DNA from: a virus
Lineage: Duplodnaviria > Caudoviricetes
Length of the DNA stretch: 60,010 nt
Direction: 5' to 3' (one strand)
Virus record (IMG/VR): IMGVR_UViG_3300017987_004445
Location: 1-60,010 of that record
Shown: positions 17,218-26,952 of the stretch, piece after piece
Layout of the letters: each line of letters opens with the position of its first letter
How positions within the stretch are numbered: position 1 is the stretch's first letter
Notes under the pieces: model-generated
Seen by the model: only the letters and a program-made list of their open reading frames with translations
Told to the model about the DNA's origin: nothing
Database searches by the model: none
Program-made: the position numbers and the translations under genes

Positions 17218-17980
17218 AGGACGCGGAGGTAATAAAGTGCAGTTGTTGGTTAGAAAGACTTTTTCTTCTGAGTCTTTATGCCAATTGCAGGCCAACAAGA
17301 TGATAAAATTAAGAGAAATTGCCAATGAATGTGGTCTTTTCTATGTGCCTGAGATATACAAGATTGAAGGAAACTTTTACGAAATGGAGTATGTAGAAGG
17401 GCGCGAACTCAATGATACATATATGGAATATGAGCCAGAGCATTTGGGAGAAATATTGATTCGTATAATGAAGTCGATAGGAACATATAAGCAATCTGGT
17501 GAAGAGGGTATTTTGGATTATGTGGAAAAGCAAATGACGCAAGGTCACTGTAAGCATCTATGGGACAGGGAACAAGCGGTTAATTATTCGCGTATATTGG
17601 AACGGACTTGTAAATGGAGGTTTTCGCATGGAGATTTTACTTTTGACAATATAATAGATGACGGTAAGCGATTTACACTTATAGATTGTATTTCTCATGA
17701 AAATGGCGAAAGCTTGATTTGGGATGCTGTGAAGCTTTTACAGACCACAGCCATTAACTGGAATTCAATAAAGCATAATGGATTTGCGGGCAAGCGCACA
17801 TTTAAGATGGTTGCTTTAAACGAATATTTTGTAAATAAATTCAGTCCACTTTTTGGCCCGAATATTTTAAAGCTGTATTTTAAATATATACTGTGTATGG
17901 TTGCTGGCTTTACCAATCAGGCTTTACTTTTAAACTATGCTAAAAAATCTGAAGCAGGGCTCTTGGAATTGGTATTATGA
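17207..17980 (+). CDS. APH/choline-kinase-like phosphotransferase
   Basis: VRK, MEYVEG, HGDFTFDNI, LID; GGAG before ATG 17207. Confidence 0.8.
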   Translation: MKLEGRGGNKVQLLVRKTFSSESLCQLQANKMIKLREIANECGLFYVPEIYKIEGNFYEMEYVEGRELNDTYMEYEPEHLGEILIRIMKSIGTYKQSGEEGILDYVEKQMTQGHCKHLWDREQAVNYSRILERTCKWRFSHGDFTFDNIIDDGKRFTLIDCISHENGESLIWDAVKLLQTTAINWNSIKHNGFAGKRTFKMVALNEYFVNKFSPLFGPNILKLYFKYILCMVAGFTNQALLLNYAKKSEAGLLELVL

Positions 17981-18519
17981 TTAAGTTGTTGATAGTTGAT
18001 GTTGATGGGGTGATGACAAATGGCAAGAAGTATTTTGCCAGAGACGGGGAGGTTGTAGCCAAAGGATTTTGTGATAAAGATTGGACAGCAATAAAGAGAT
18101 TTAAATCTATTGGGGTGGATGTTGTGTTGCTGACTGGTGATGCGTACAATGCTTGGATACTGGACAAAAGAGCTATTGATGTTGTTGTTAATAGAGGCGA
18201 TGGCAAGCACAGGGATAAAGCCCTTTATTTAAGTGAGATTTGTGATCGTTTCTGCGTTCGCATTGAGCAAATTGCTTATGTGGGTGATGACTTTTATGAT
18301 ATATCTATTATGAAACTTGTGGGATATGCTTATTGCCCAAAGGATTCAATCGATATGGTGAAACATTGTGAGAATGTCAGGATATTAGGATATAATGGAG
18401 GGGACAATTTTTTGTCGCATTTATTTGAGCATTTGGAATCTTGTGGCTTGATTCCGCGTAAATCGTATGATGAGATATCGGTGAAAATGTACGAACTTGA
18501 CGAGAAAGAGGTATTTTGA
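17977..18519 (+). CDS. KdsC-like HAD phosphatase
   Basis: DVDGVMT, LLTG, K, YVGDDFYD. Confidence 0.88.
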   Translation: MIKLLIVDVDGVMTNGKKYFARDGEVVAKGFCDKDWTAIKRFKSIGVDVVLLTGDAYNAWILDKRAIDVVVNRGDGKHRDKALYLSEICDRFCVRIEQIAYVGDDFYDISIMKLVGYAYCPKDSIDMVKHCENVRILGYNGGDNFLSHLFEHLESCGLIPRKSYDEISVKMYELDEKEVF

Positions 18520-19685
18520 AGAAGTATAACTTGCTGTTGCCTATCGCTGGTAGGGCTCAAAGATTTGTTGATGCTGGATACACGATGCCAAAACCATTGA
18601 TAATGACCGGATATAAACACATGATAGACTGGTCATTGCAGTGTATAAATATTGAGGAATGTCATCTAATATTTATAGTAAGGTTAGAGCATGTATATAA
18701 TTTTGGGATTGATGAAATATTGAGGCAAAAATACGGTTCTGATATTGAAGTATTGACTGTTGATAAAATTACTGGTGGCGCAGCAGAGACGTGTTTGTAT
18801 GCAAAACCTGTCTTGGATGAAAATTTACCTCTTGCAATCTACACACCTGATGTTTGGTTTGATCCTCATTTTTCGATTGATATGGTTGGGGATGAAGCTG
18901 GTTTTTTGCTAACCTTTTTAGCCAATAATCCAGCCCATAGCTATTCATTGTTAGACAATGATAAGAAAATACTAAAGGTTGCAGAAAAAGAAGTCATTTC
19001 TGAACATGCAAATATTGGCTTGTATTACTTTAAAAGTGCTTCTCTGTTTATAAGATATGCAGAGAAAATGATTAATGAAGGCATAAAGAGCAAAAGCGAA
19101 TATTATGTGGCCCCAATATATAACATGATGATAACTGATGGGCATCTTGTTAGGGGATTGGATGTACAGACAGTACATGTTCTAGGAACCCCAGAGGCTC
19201 ATGGCTTCTTTTGTAAGAGGGTATTATGCAAGTTTGGGGATAAACCTCTTGCCATATCTTGCGACCATTCAGGATATGAATTTAAGGCTTTAGCTCTTAG
19301 AATATTGGAAAACAACGGGATTAAATTTATAGATGTAGGCACATACATGGATCGACCGTGTGATTATTACGATTATGTCAGCCAATGTGCTGATTTAATG
19401 AGATCTGGTTCTTGTGATTATTCCATCTCTTTTTGCCGGACAGGACAGGGAGTGAATATTTGCGCTAATAAATTTAGCGGCATAACGTCTGCTTTAGTCT
19501 TTGATGAATACACTGCTGAATATGCTATAAAACATAATTGTGCAAATCATTTTGCCATACCTACAAAGTACGTTAATGCAGAGATATTTAACAAAATGGT
19601 GGGCTTGTGGAAGAGAATTGGTTTTGAAGGCGGTCGTCATTTTACGAGAATAAGCAAATACGATGTTCATATCACAAACACATAA
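18516..19685 (+). CDS. Sugar-phosphate nucleotidyltransferase fused to RpiB/LacAB-type isomerase
   Basis: PIAGRAQRF..GY..PKPLI, EYYVAP, LGTPE; C-terminal SCDHSG, CRTGQG, ANK, HNCAN, FEGGRH. Confidence 0.88.
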   Translation: MKKYNLLLPIAGRAQRFVDAGYTMPKPLIMTGYKHMIDWSLQCINIEECHLIFIVRLEHVYNFGIDEILRQKYGSDIEVLTVDKITGGAAETCLYAKPVLDENLPLAIYTPDVWFDPHFSIDMVGDEAGFLLTFLANNPAHSYSLLDNDKKILKVAEKEVISEHANIGLYYFKSASLFIRYAEKMINEGIKSKSEYYVAPIYNMMITDGHLVRGLDVQTVHVLGTPEAHGFFCKRVLCKFGDKPLAISCDHSGYEFKALALRILENNGIKFIDVGTYMDRPCDYYDYVSQCADLMRSGSCDYSISFCRTGQGVNICANKFSGITSALVFDEYTAEYAIKHNCANHFAIPTKYVNAEIFNKMVGLWKRIGFEGGRHFTRISKYDVHITNT

Positions 19686-20250
19686 GTTGGTTTTTGTCCA
19701 TATACCAAAAACTGGAGGCTGCTCTATTTTTTATCAATTGAAGGAACTGCTTGGTGAGAGAGAGTATCCGGCCCCCAAGCCTGATATATTTCACATGACT
19801 ATATCTGATTTACGGGGTCTTTTCCCAGAAGTATCTTCGTATTTTAAATTTACTATAGTAAGACATCCTCTTAGCAGATTTGTATCCACGTATAATTACT
19901 TGGCCAAATTGCCAGAGCGTAAATGGTGGAATACTTACCAAAAGAGAAGAAAGGATACCACTGATATGTTTGCTGAGGTTGATTTAGGCGATGTGATGTG
20001 GATGCCTCAGTATAAGTTTGTTAGAGGTGGTTATGACTCCAGAGATGGGGTGGATTATATTGGTAAATTTGAGGATTATAGTGGAGCTATAAAGCATGTT
20101 AATTCTGAAAAGGATTTGAATCTTGACCCAGAAGTTGTTATAAATAAAACCGCAAAGGCCAATAAGTTGGACTTGCCCATGGATAATGTTCGTGAATTTG
20201 TATGGGCGGTCTACAAGAAGGATTTTGAGATGTTTGATTATAGACTATAG
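19663..20250 (+). CDS. Sulfotransferase family 2
   Basis: FVHIPKTGG, VRHPLSRFVS, YKKDFEMFDY. Confidence 0.88.
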   Translation: MFISQTHKLVFVHIPKTGGCSIFYQLKELLGEREYPAPKPDIFHMTISDLRGLFPEVSSYFKFTIVRHPLSRFVSTYNYLAKLPERKWWNTYQKRRKDTTDMFAEVDLGDVMWMPQYKFVRGGYDSRDGVDYIGKFEDYSGAIKHVNSEKDLNLDPEVVINKTAKANKLDLPMDNVREFVWAVYKKDFEMFDYRL

Positions 20251-20269
20251 ATTTAGGAGGATGAGATCA

Positions 20270-20863
20270 ATGCTGTCAATACTAATTCCTACTACTGTTA
20301 AGCGCGTAGGGACTTATTGCCCGGATTTGGTACGCTATATCAATAACCAAATTGTTGCTTGTGGGGCCGAAAAGAGAATAGACCTTTTTTGGCTTGGGGA
20401 TAATTACAACATGACGGTAGGCGAGAAGAGGAATAAGCTTCTTGGCTTGGCCAATCGTAAGTATTTGGTGTTTATAGATGATGATGACTGTGTTGATAAA
20501 GATTATGTGAAAGAGATAATGAAAGCTACTATGAAAACTGATAGCGATGTAATAGTATTTGATTGCATAACCAGAGCAGATGGCAAAAACCGCACATTAT
20601 CTAAGTACGGTAAGGATTTTTTCCCATATCAGCAATACGTGGACGATAAGGGAGAAAGACAGTGGAGGGGGTTGGTGGCTCATACTATGGTATGGAAGAC
20701 CGAGATTGCAAAGAGGCATATGTTCCCTGAAAAGAATTATGAGGAAGATATTGAGTGGGCAAAGAAAGCGAATGCAGATATATCTACCGAATATCGAATA
20801 GAAAAGGTTTTGTACTTTTATAGATTTAATAGTCAAGTTTCAGAAACGAGATATGGCCAGTAA
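20270..20863 (+). CDS. Glycosyltransferase family 2
   Basis: LSILIPT, GEKRN, FIDDDD, EED. Confidence 0.88.
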   Translation: MLSILIPTTVKRVGTYCPDLVRYINNQIVACGAEKRIDLFWLGDNYNMTVGEKRNKLLGLANRKYLVFIDDDDCVDKDYVKEIMKATMKTDSDVIVFDCITRADGKNRTLSKYGKDFFPYQQYVDDKGERQWRGLVAHTMVWKTEIAKRHMFPEKNYEEDIEWAKKANADISTEYRIEKVLYFYRFNSQVSETRYGQ

Positions 20864-21819
20864 TGGGGAAGGTTTTGTTCTTGAATATGGCTTGGGATGC
20901 TGCTGGTTGTAGCATTCTCCAATGTAAGGCCATAAATCAACATACGAATTGGCAAGCTCGGCATTTTCGTGCTGTTCCAACATTTGGTTATGATACAGAC
21001 ATCACGCCTGAAAATTATGATAGGGATGAATTTCAGGTGTTGATGGGAAACATGGATGTGATTGAATGGTGTTCTGCTGATTATACATATAATAGCAAAC
21101 ATGATTTCGGCTTTAATTTGTGGGATGTGGCAAAAAATAAAATTAACATCTTTCATGATTACAACTCGTTCCCAGGCCATTGGCAGGATCGGGCATCTGT
21201 TAAAGATTATTGGAACAGAAAGGATGTTCATAAATTTGATGCCATTTTTAGCAGTATTCCTCAAGCTGTATATATTTACAAGGATTGTGTTTATATCCCA
21301 GATGTTGTCGATGAACGTTCTTCTGAATACATACCTGATGAATTTAGAGATTTTTCCGAGGTTCGCTTGGGGCATTGGCCCACTGGTGGTGGTAACAATA
21401 AAAACACCATGGAATTAAGAGAAGCCATAAAAAGAGAACCTGTGAATTATGATATTCCTGCTGGAACCATATCTCATGCAGATGTGTTGACGGCAAAAAG
21501 GGGTGTAAACATAGGATTTGATGCATTGTGGAGGGGTTTTCATGGCATGACAACAATAGAGAATATGGCTTTGGGAATCCCTACAATGTGCAATATAGAT
21601 GATTTTTTCTGGGATGTTTTCTGGGAATGTTTTGAGACGGATAAGAAGCCATTTGAGGATGTGAAGAATATTGATGGTATTGCTGCATGCTTAAAAAAAT
21701 ATAGGAATGACACAGAATCTCTTCGTAGACGGGCTTTAGAAGTTAGGTCGTTTATGGAAAATTATTGGTCTTTTAAAAATGTTGCAGTTAGAATAGTAGG
21801 GGAGTACGAAAAGATATGA
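20863..21819 (+). CDS. GT-B glycosyltransferase (GT4-like)
   Basis: GMTTIENMALGIP signature. Confidence 0.75.
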   Translation: MGKVLFLNMAWDAAGCSILQCKAINQHTNWQARHFRAVPTFGYDTDITPENYDRDEFQVLMGNMDVIEWCSADYTYNSKHDFGFNLWDVAKNKINIFHDYNSFPGHWQDRASVKDYWNRKDVHKFDAIFSSIPQAVYIYKDCVYIPDVVDERSSEYIPDEFRDFSEVRLGHWPTGGGNNKNTMELREAIKREPVNYDIPAGTISHADVLTAKRGVNIGFDALWRGFHGMTTIENMALGIPTMCNIDDFFWDVFWECFETDKKPFEDVKNIDGIAACLKKYRNDTESLRRRALEVRSFMENYWSFKNVAVRIVGEYEKI

Positions 21820-22880
21820 AGTTTTTAATCACTGGGGGTGCTGGTTTTGTCGGTGCAAATCTTGCATTGTATTTTGCTGAACGTGACCATCAGGTATTGT
21901 GCTTGGATAATTTAGCGCGGAGAGGATCAGAGCTTAACCTACCTCTATTTAAGGAAAAGAAGATTGGGTTTGTACATGGAGATATTAGGAATCCAGAGGA
22001 TTTACCAAAAGAGAAATTTGATTATGTTTTTGAATGTTCCGCCCAACCATCAGCAATTGATGGCTATGATAATCCAATATTCGATTTCACAAACAATACC
22101 GTAGGTCTCCTAAATGTCTTAGAATATGCTAGAAAGAATGACTCTGCGATTATATTCTGGAGTACGAACAAGGTTTATAGTGGAGACAGGGTAAATGCTA
22201 TCCCGTTTAGAGAATATGAAACACGATGCTCTTGGGATTCATCTGTTTATGTTGATAGTGATGAATTAAAAGGCTTTTCATATGACCATGGCATATCTGA
22301 GCGATTTTCTATAGATGGAGACCAGCATTCCATTTATGGTATGTCTAAGGCCATGGCTGATCTCGCGTGCCAAGAGTATTTTGATGCATTTGGGCTACGG
22401 ACAGTTGTAAATAGGTTTTCATGTTTGGCAGGTGCAAGACAGTGGGGTAAGTGTGCCCAGGGATGGGTGGCTTGGTGGGCAATTGCCGCGCATCTCGGTT
22501 ATCCAGTAAAATACATAGGGTGGGGCGGAAAACAGGTGCGCGATGTTTTATTCATTGATGATATATGTAGGCTTGTAGAATTGCAAACGCAAAAAATAGA
22601 TGTGGCATCTGGTAAGGTTTTTAATATTGGTGGCAGTTACATGAATACTCTTTCGTTGATTGAAGCCACAATGCTTATGGAGAAGATGTTTGGTAAAAAA
22701 ATGGATGTTAGTGAGGTTAAGGAAGCGAGAAAAGCTGACCATTTGATCTACATATCAGATATACGTAAAGCAAATAGGTTACTGGGGTGGGAACCAAAAA
22801 TTGGGATTAAAGAAGGTTATGAAAGTATAATGCGCTGGGTAAGGAACAATGAAAATGTTTTGAGGGGGTTATATGAATAA
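21816..22880 (+). CDS. NAD-dependent epimerase, CDP-paratose 2-epimerase (Tyv/RfbE)-like
   Basis: TGGAGFVG, STNKVY, YGMSK, QGWVAW, GKQVRDVL. Confidence 0.85.
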   Translation: MKFLITGGAGFVGANLALYFAERDHQVLCLDNLARRGSELNLPLFKEKKIGFVHGDIRNPEDLPKEKFDYVFECSAQPSAIDGYDNPIFDFTNNTVGLLNVLEYARKNDSAIIFWSTNKVYSGDRVNAIPFREYETRCSWDSSVYVDSDELKGFSYDHGISERFSIDGDQHSIYGMSKAMADLACQEYFDAFGLRTVVNRFSCLAGARQWGKCAQGWVAWWAIAAHLGYPVKYIGWGGKQVRDVLFIDDICRLVELQTQKIDVASGKVFNIGGSYMNTLSLIEATMLMEKMFGKKMDVSEVKEARKADHLIYISDIRKANRLLGWEPKIGIKEGYESIMRWVRNNENVLRGLYE

Positions 22881-23664
22881 TGCTTATACGTTGATATGGA
22901 GCTTTCGAAATCGACTTGAACAGTTAAGCAAATCCATACAAACCGCTGATAGTACGGTCCCAAAACATGTAGATTTTTGCTTGGTTGATGCTGCTTCAAA
23001 CCCAAAAATGCTCAACTCCTTGAAGTCAATTTGCCAAAGTATATCTGAGCGCAATATAAGTATATGCGAATCCATGTACAGAAGTTCCTTGTCTGAAGCG
23101 TGGAATCTTGGTATGATGCTGACACCTAATCGCTATGTGATGTTTTCGAGCAGTGATGTGGTGTTTAATAAAAGTCAATGGTTCACTGTTTTAGTAGATC
23201 AATTGAAACAGGGAGAAAAATACATTCTTCTCCAAAATCATGCTGTATTCGCGCTTGACAAGGCCATTATCCCGGAGATAGGCTGGTTTGATGAAAGGTT
23301 TGGTATTGGTGCACATTTGGATACGGATTACATGATACGCGCAAGTGAAGCCGGAATTTCAGTAAAATTGCTACCAAATGATGGTTATTATGTACATGAT
23401 GAGGAAAATATATCCTATGTGGAAAGAGTCAAGGATTTAGATCCTGATAGGTTGCCTATAGGTAATTATGAAAATGAAAAATATTTTATGAAGAAATGGC
23501 AGTCCAGTTGGTTGGGTTGGGAGAAATTGAAAGGGACTGGTATGGATTTGCCGCACCCACCTACAAATATTAGCGTATGTAAACGGGGCCTATGCGATAT
23601 TGACCCGCATCCTATATACACTGAAAAAATCGCCAGGGATCTTAAATGCGAAAAGAATACGTAA
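22873..23664 (+). CDS. Glycosyltransferase family 2-like
   Basis: LVDAAS, AWNLG, GWFDERF, DTDY. Confidence 0.75.
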   Translation: MNNAYTLIWSFRNRLEQLSKSIQTADSTVPKHVDFCLVDAASNPKMLNSLKSICQSISERNISICESMYRSSLSEAWNLGMMLTPNRYVMFSSSDVVFNKSQWFTVLVDQLKQGEKYILLQNHAVFALDKAIIPEIGWFDERFGIGAHLDTDYMIRASEAGISVKLLPNDGYYVHDEENISYVERVKDLDPDRLPIGNYENEKYFMKKWQSSWLGWEKLKGTGMDLPHPPTNISVCKRGLCDIDPHPIYTEKIARDLKCEKNT

Positions 23665-24314
23665 TACTCACAACTGGAAGATGTGCTTCAGAGTTACTTG
23701 TGGCAATGCTAAAACAGGTGGACCACATTGTCAGCTATCCTGAGATATTCATTGGTTTGAACCCGTCTATCAACGAAAGGGATAAATTAGATGAGATATT
23801 GAACAGAATCAGACGAGAGGCTGGTGGTAAAGATATTTCATACAAGATTAATGGTGGCCAAGTTAAAAAACATCAGGCTTATTTACTGAATGGACAGAAT
23901 GTGAAGGTGATATTTTTGTATAGGAAGAAAATTTTCGATATCGCAATTTCGATTTATTTGGCATCTCTTACAAAATGTTGGGGAGATTATGCAGAACGTG
24001 TGAAAAATGGAACTGTTGTTGATGAAAATAAAATTAATAAGGCAATGATAGGAATCAGAAACCAAATGGATGGTTTCAAGAAGATGATAATAGAGTCTGG
24101 GAGGCCAGTGTTGAAGCTTGTTTATCCAGACTATATTACCAATCAAGTAGAATTAATGAAATACGTGGATTGGCATAAGCATTTTGGGTTGCCTCCAGGT
24201 GGCAGGAAACCTTGGGCAACTAAGCAATCTGGGCCAGCATTGTATGCCAAGATAGACAATTATCTCGAATTGAAAGAAAGGTTTGGAAAAGAAGAGTGGG
24301 ATTGGAATGCTTAG
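23646..24314 (+). CDS. Sulfotransferase, Stf0-like
   Basis: LTTGRCASELL PAPS loop, EIF, LYR...IAIS. Confidence 0.65.
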   Translation: MRKEYVILTTGRCASELLVAMLKQVDHIVSYPEIFIGLNPSINERDKLDEILNRIRREAGGKDISYKINGGQVKKHQAYLLNGQNVKVIFLYRKKIFDIAISIYLASLTKCWGDYAERVKNGTVVDENKINKAMIGIRNQMDGFKKMIIESGRPVLKLVYPDYITNQVELMKYVDWHKHFGLPPGGRKPWATKQSGPALYAKIDNYLELKERFGKEEWDWNA

Positions 24315-24546
24315 TATAGGTGATATCGTAGAAAAATTGGTGATTGAAAATATTAAAATTGCTCATTTGAAGCAACAATTGTCTACCTTATCTGAAGGTA
24401 GCGCGGAATATTCGGTGATATATACCAAAATGATGGTTTTGAATAAAAACCGGAGTGTGATTATTGCGGCGTTGGATGAAAAGGTTGAAAGGGTTGCCAG
24501 TGGCAGAGAAAAAAACAGGCTGCTTGAAATTATCAAAACTTATTGA
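24307..24546 (+). CDS. Small helical protein (DUF4254-like)
   Basis: SIGDIVEKLVIENIKI...NKNRS. Confidence 0.55.
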   Translation: MLSIGDIVEKLVIENIKIAHLKQQLSTLSEGSAEYSVIYTKMMVLNKNRSVIIAALDEKVERVASGREKNRLLEIIKTY

Positions 24547-24713
24547 GGGACTTGTGATTGATTGGATGGAATGGAATCAATCACACTCACGAGCTATCAA
24601 TTCTGAAGTTGACATCAATGTGCGGGATATTTCTGCCAGAAGGTGTGAGCAGATAGTTAATAACAGGTATAACACGATAAATGCAATTGATTTGAATATG
24701 GAGGCAGCTTTAC

Positions 24714-26009
24714 ATGCCAAGTAAAGAGCTTGAGAATTCCATAAAATATCTTCTTGCAACATGGAGTAAAGAGCGGGCCGAAGAAGTTGAGCTGATGTCT
24801 AAAATACGATACAGTGGTATCAGTTTTGGAGTCGAGGAATACACAAATCTCATGGATGCCTTATTCACTGATTGGTGGTCCGGTGGCCAGTATACAATAA
24901 AAGCTGAGCGTGCAGTTGCTGAAATGTGCCAGAGAAACCATGCCCTGTTGTTTAACAGCGGCAGCACGGCAAATCTTGCGCTCATGCTTGCTGCTAGGGA
25001 GCTTTATTTTAAGGATGGGGATAAAGTGCTGACATTGGCATGTGGTTTCCCTACCACTGTAAACCCGATTATTCATGCTGGCTTAACCCCTGTTTTTGCA
25101 GACGTGTCCTTATCTGATCTGAGCTTGAATCCGGATCTATTGAATTCTGTTGAAGATGTGCGTGGCATATTTATTCCCCATACTCTCGGTTTTTATGGTG
25201 ATATAGATGCACTATTAGACAAAGCCCGAGAGAAGGGTATTTATGTGTTTTATGATGCTTGTGATGCATACGGAACTTATTATAAGGGAAAGCCTGTAAC
25301 TCATTATGGGAAGGCTGCAACCCTAAGTTTTTATGTTGCCCACCATCTCTCTTGCGGGGAAGGTGGGGGAGTTGTAACAAATGACAATAAGCTTTATACA
25401 GTGATGCGTGGTATACGTAATTGGGGAAGATATTGTAGCTCTCCTGAGTGTTGTGTGCGCTCCATTGATCCTGAAAGCTTTTGCCCACCAACTAAATACA
25501 CTACGGACAGTGAAGTTCCTGATGATTATATGGTGAATTATCAGTTTGAGTGGATGGGCTACAATCTGAAGCCATTGGAGATTCAAGCAGCAATTTTATT
25601 GGCTCAGATTCCAAAGCTGCAAAGATACAACAAAACACGTATAGAAAATTATAACCATTTGAATGCGCAAATGAAACTGTATGAGGATACTTTTTTTACA
25701 TGGACAATTCCCTCGGATGTTTCACCTTTTAGTTATCCATTTATTATCTCGCCAAAAGCCAAGTTCAAGCGCAAGCATTTATTGGATTTTCTGAGAAGGA
25801 ATAAAATAGAAGCGAGAATGATATTTGGAGGAAACCTACTTCGGCATCCGGCATATGGTAGGTACAAAAACTGTGCCTGTCAAGCTCTATCTAATTCTGA
25901 TGCGATCATAGAGCGAGGGATGATGCTTGGGTGTTCCCATGTAATAAGTCGTAAATCCATGGAATATGTATGTGATAAAATAACGGAGTTCATGAAAACC
26001 TATGAATAA
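24714..26009 (+). CDS. DegT/DnrJ family, RfbH/DdhC-like NDP-4-keto-6-deoxysugar 3-dehydratase
   Basis: NSGSTANL, FPTTVNP, DACDA, SFYVAHHLSCGEGG (His in the Lys position), RNWGRYC with Cys cluster, GYNLK. Confidence 0.88.
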   Translation: MPSKELENSIKYLLATWSKERAEEVELMSKIRYSGISFGVEEYTNLMDALFTDWWSGGQYTIKAERAVAEMCQRNHALLFNSGSTANLALMLAARELYFKDGDKVLTLACGFPTTVNPIIHAGLTPVFADVSLSDLSLNPDLLNSVEDVRGIFIPHTLGFYGDIDALLDKAREKGIYVFYDACDAYGTYYKGKPVTHYGKAATLSFYVAHHLSCGEGGGVVTNDNKLYTVMRGIRNWGRYCSSPECCVRSIDPESFCPPTKYTTDSEVPDDYMVNYQFEWMGYNLKPLEIQAAILLAQIPKLQRYNKTRIENYNHLNAQMKLYEDTFFTWTIPSDVSPFSYPFIISPKAKFKRKHLLDFLRRNKIEARMIFGGNLLRHPAYGRYKNCACQALSNSDAIIERGMMLGCSHVISRKSMEYVCDKITEFMKTYE

Positions 26010-26952
26010 GAATTCGTATACTGCTGCCAGCACATTTCCGTCTAAGATATTTTGTCAGGACGGTTTGATTAAAAAGATTAGAAATCATCAAATCCCGCCA
26101 ATTCATATCCAGGTGAATCCTACAAACGTCTGCAATATGAATTGCAGCTATTGTAGTTGTGCGAAAAGGGATAAAACCCTACAAATTTCTTATGATAAAT
26201 TAACTGCAATTACTCATAAATTTGTACAGCTTGGCGCAAAGGCCGTGACTATAACAGGGGGCGGAGAGCCCTTATGCTATCCAAAAATAGGAGACTACAT
26301 CGTTAATACCGCAAGGACTGTGGATGTGGCTCTTACAACCAATGGCCTTCTGCTACATAAGATGAAAAAACGGACGATTGAAAAATTGATGTGGTGCAGG
26401 ATCTCATTAAGTAATGAGCATAGGTTACATTTTAGCCAGTTAGAACAGGTTGTAAACATTCCAATTGATTGGTCTTTTAGTTATGTTCTTACTAGTGATA
26501 TGCGGCAAATACATTCGTTGATTGGTGCTATACGGTTTGCAAATGAGCATAACTTTACTCATATTAGAGTAGTGGATGATATTATCAAGAATGGGAATGT
26601 TATGGCGGATGTTAGAAAAAGAGCGGAGGCAGTTGTTGATTGTTCTAGGGTTATCTGGCAGGGTCGCAAAAAATATGCTAAAGGCCACAAACGGTGCCTG
26701 TTGAGCCTTTTAAAACCCAATATCACCCCAGAAGGCTTTCTCGTAGGTTGTTGTGGCATACAGTTTGCCAGCAAGCCTGCTATGCTCGATTGGCCACGAT
26801 TTTATTCAATGGGTGATAATATTGATAGAATATATAAAGAACAGCAGTTTTTTGATGGCAGCTCTTGTGAAGTGTGCTATTACAGCGAATACAATAATGT
26901 TCTTAATTCTATTTGGGATGCAGATAACCTCCAACATAAGGCGTTTTTATGA
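26002..26952 (+). CDS. Radical SAM enzyme with SPASM/twitch-like C-terminus
   Basis: CNMNCSYC, TGGGEP, TTNG, GCC...CEVC. Confidence 0.92.
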   Translation: MNKNSYTAASTFPSKIFCQDGLIKKIRNHQIPPIHIQVNPTNVCNMNCSYCSCAKRDKTLQISYDKLTAITHKFVQLGAKAVTITGGGEPLCYPKIGDYIVNTARTVDVALTTNGLLLHKMKKRTIEKLMWCRISLSNEHRLHFSQLEQVVNIPIDWSFSYVLTSDMRQIHSLIGAIRFANEHNFTHIRVVDDIIKNGNVMADVRKRAEAVVDCSRVIWQGRKKYAKGHKRCLLSLLKPNITPEGFLVGCCGIQFASKPAMLDWPRFYSMGDNIDRIYKEQQFFDGSSCEVCYYSEYNNVLNSIWDADNLQHKAFL

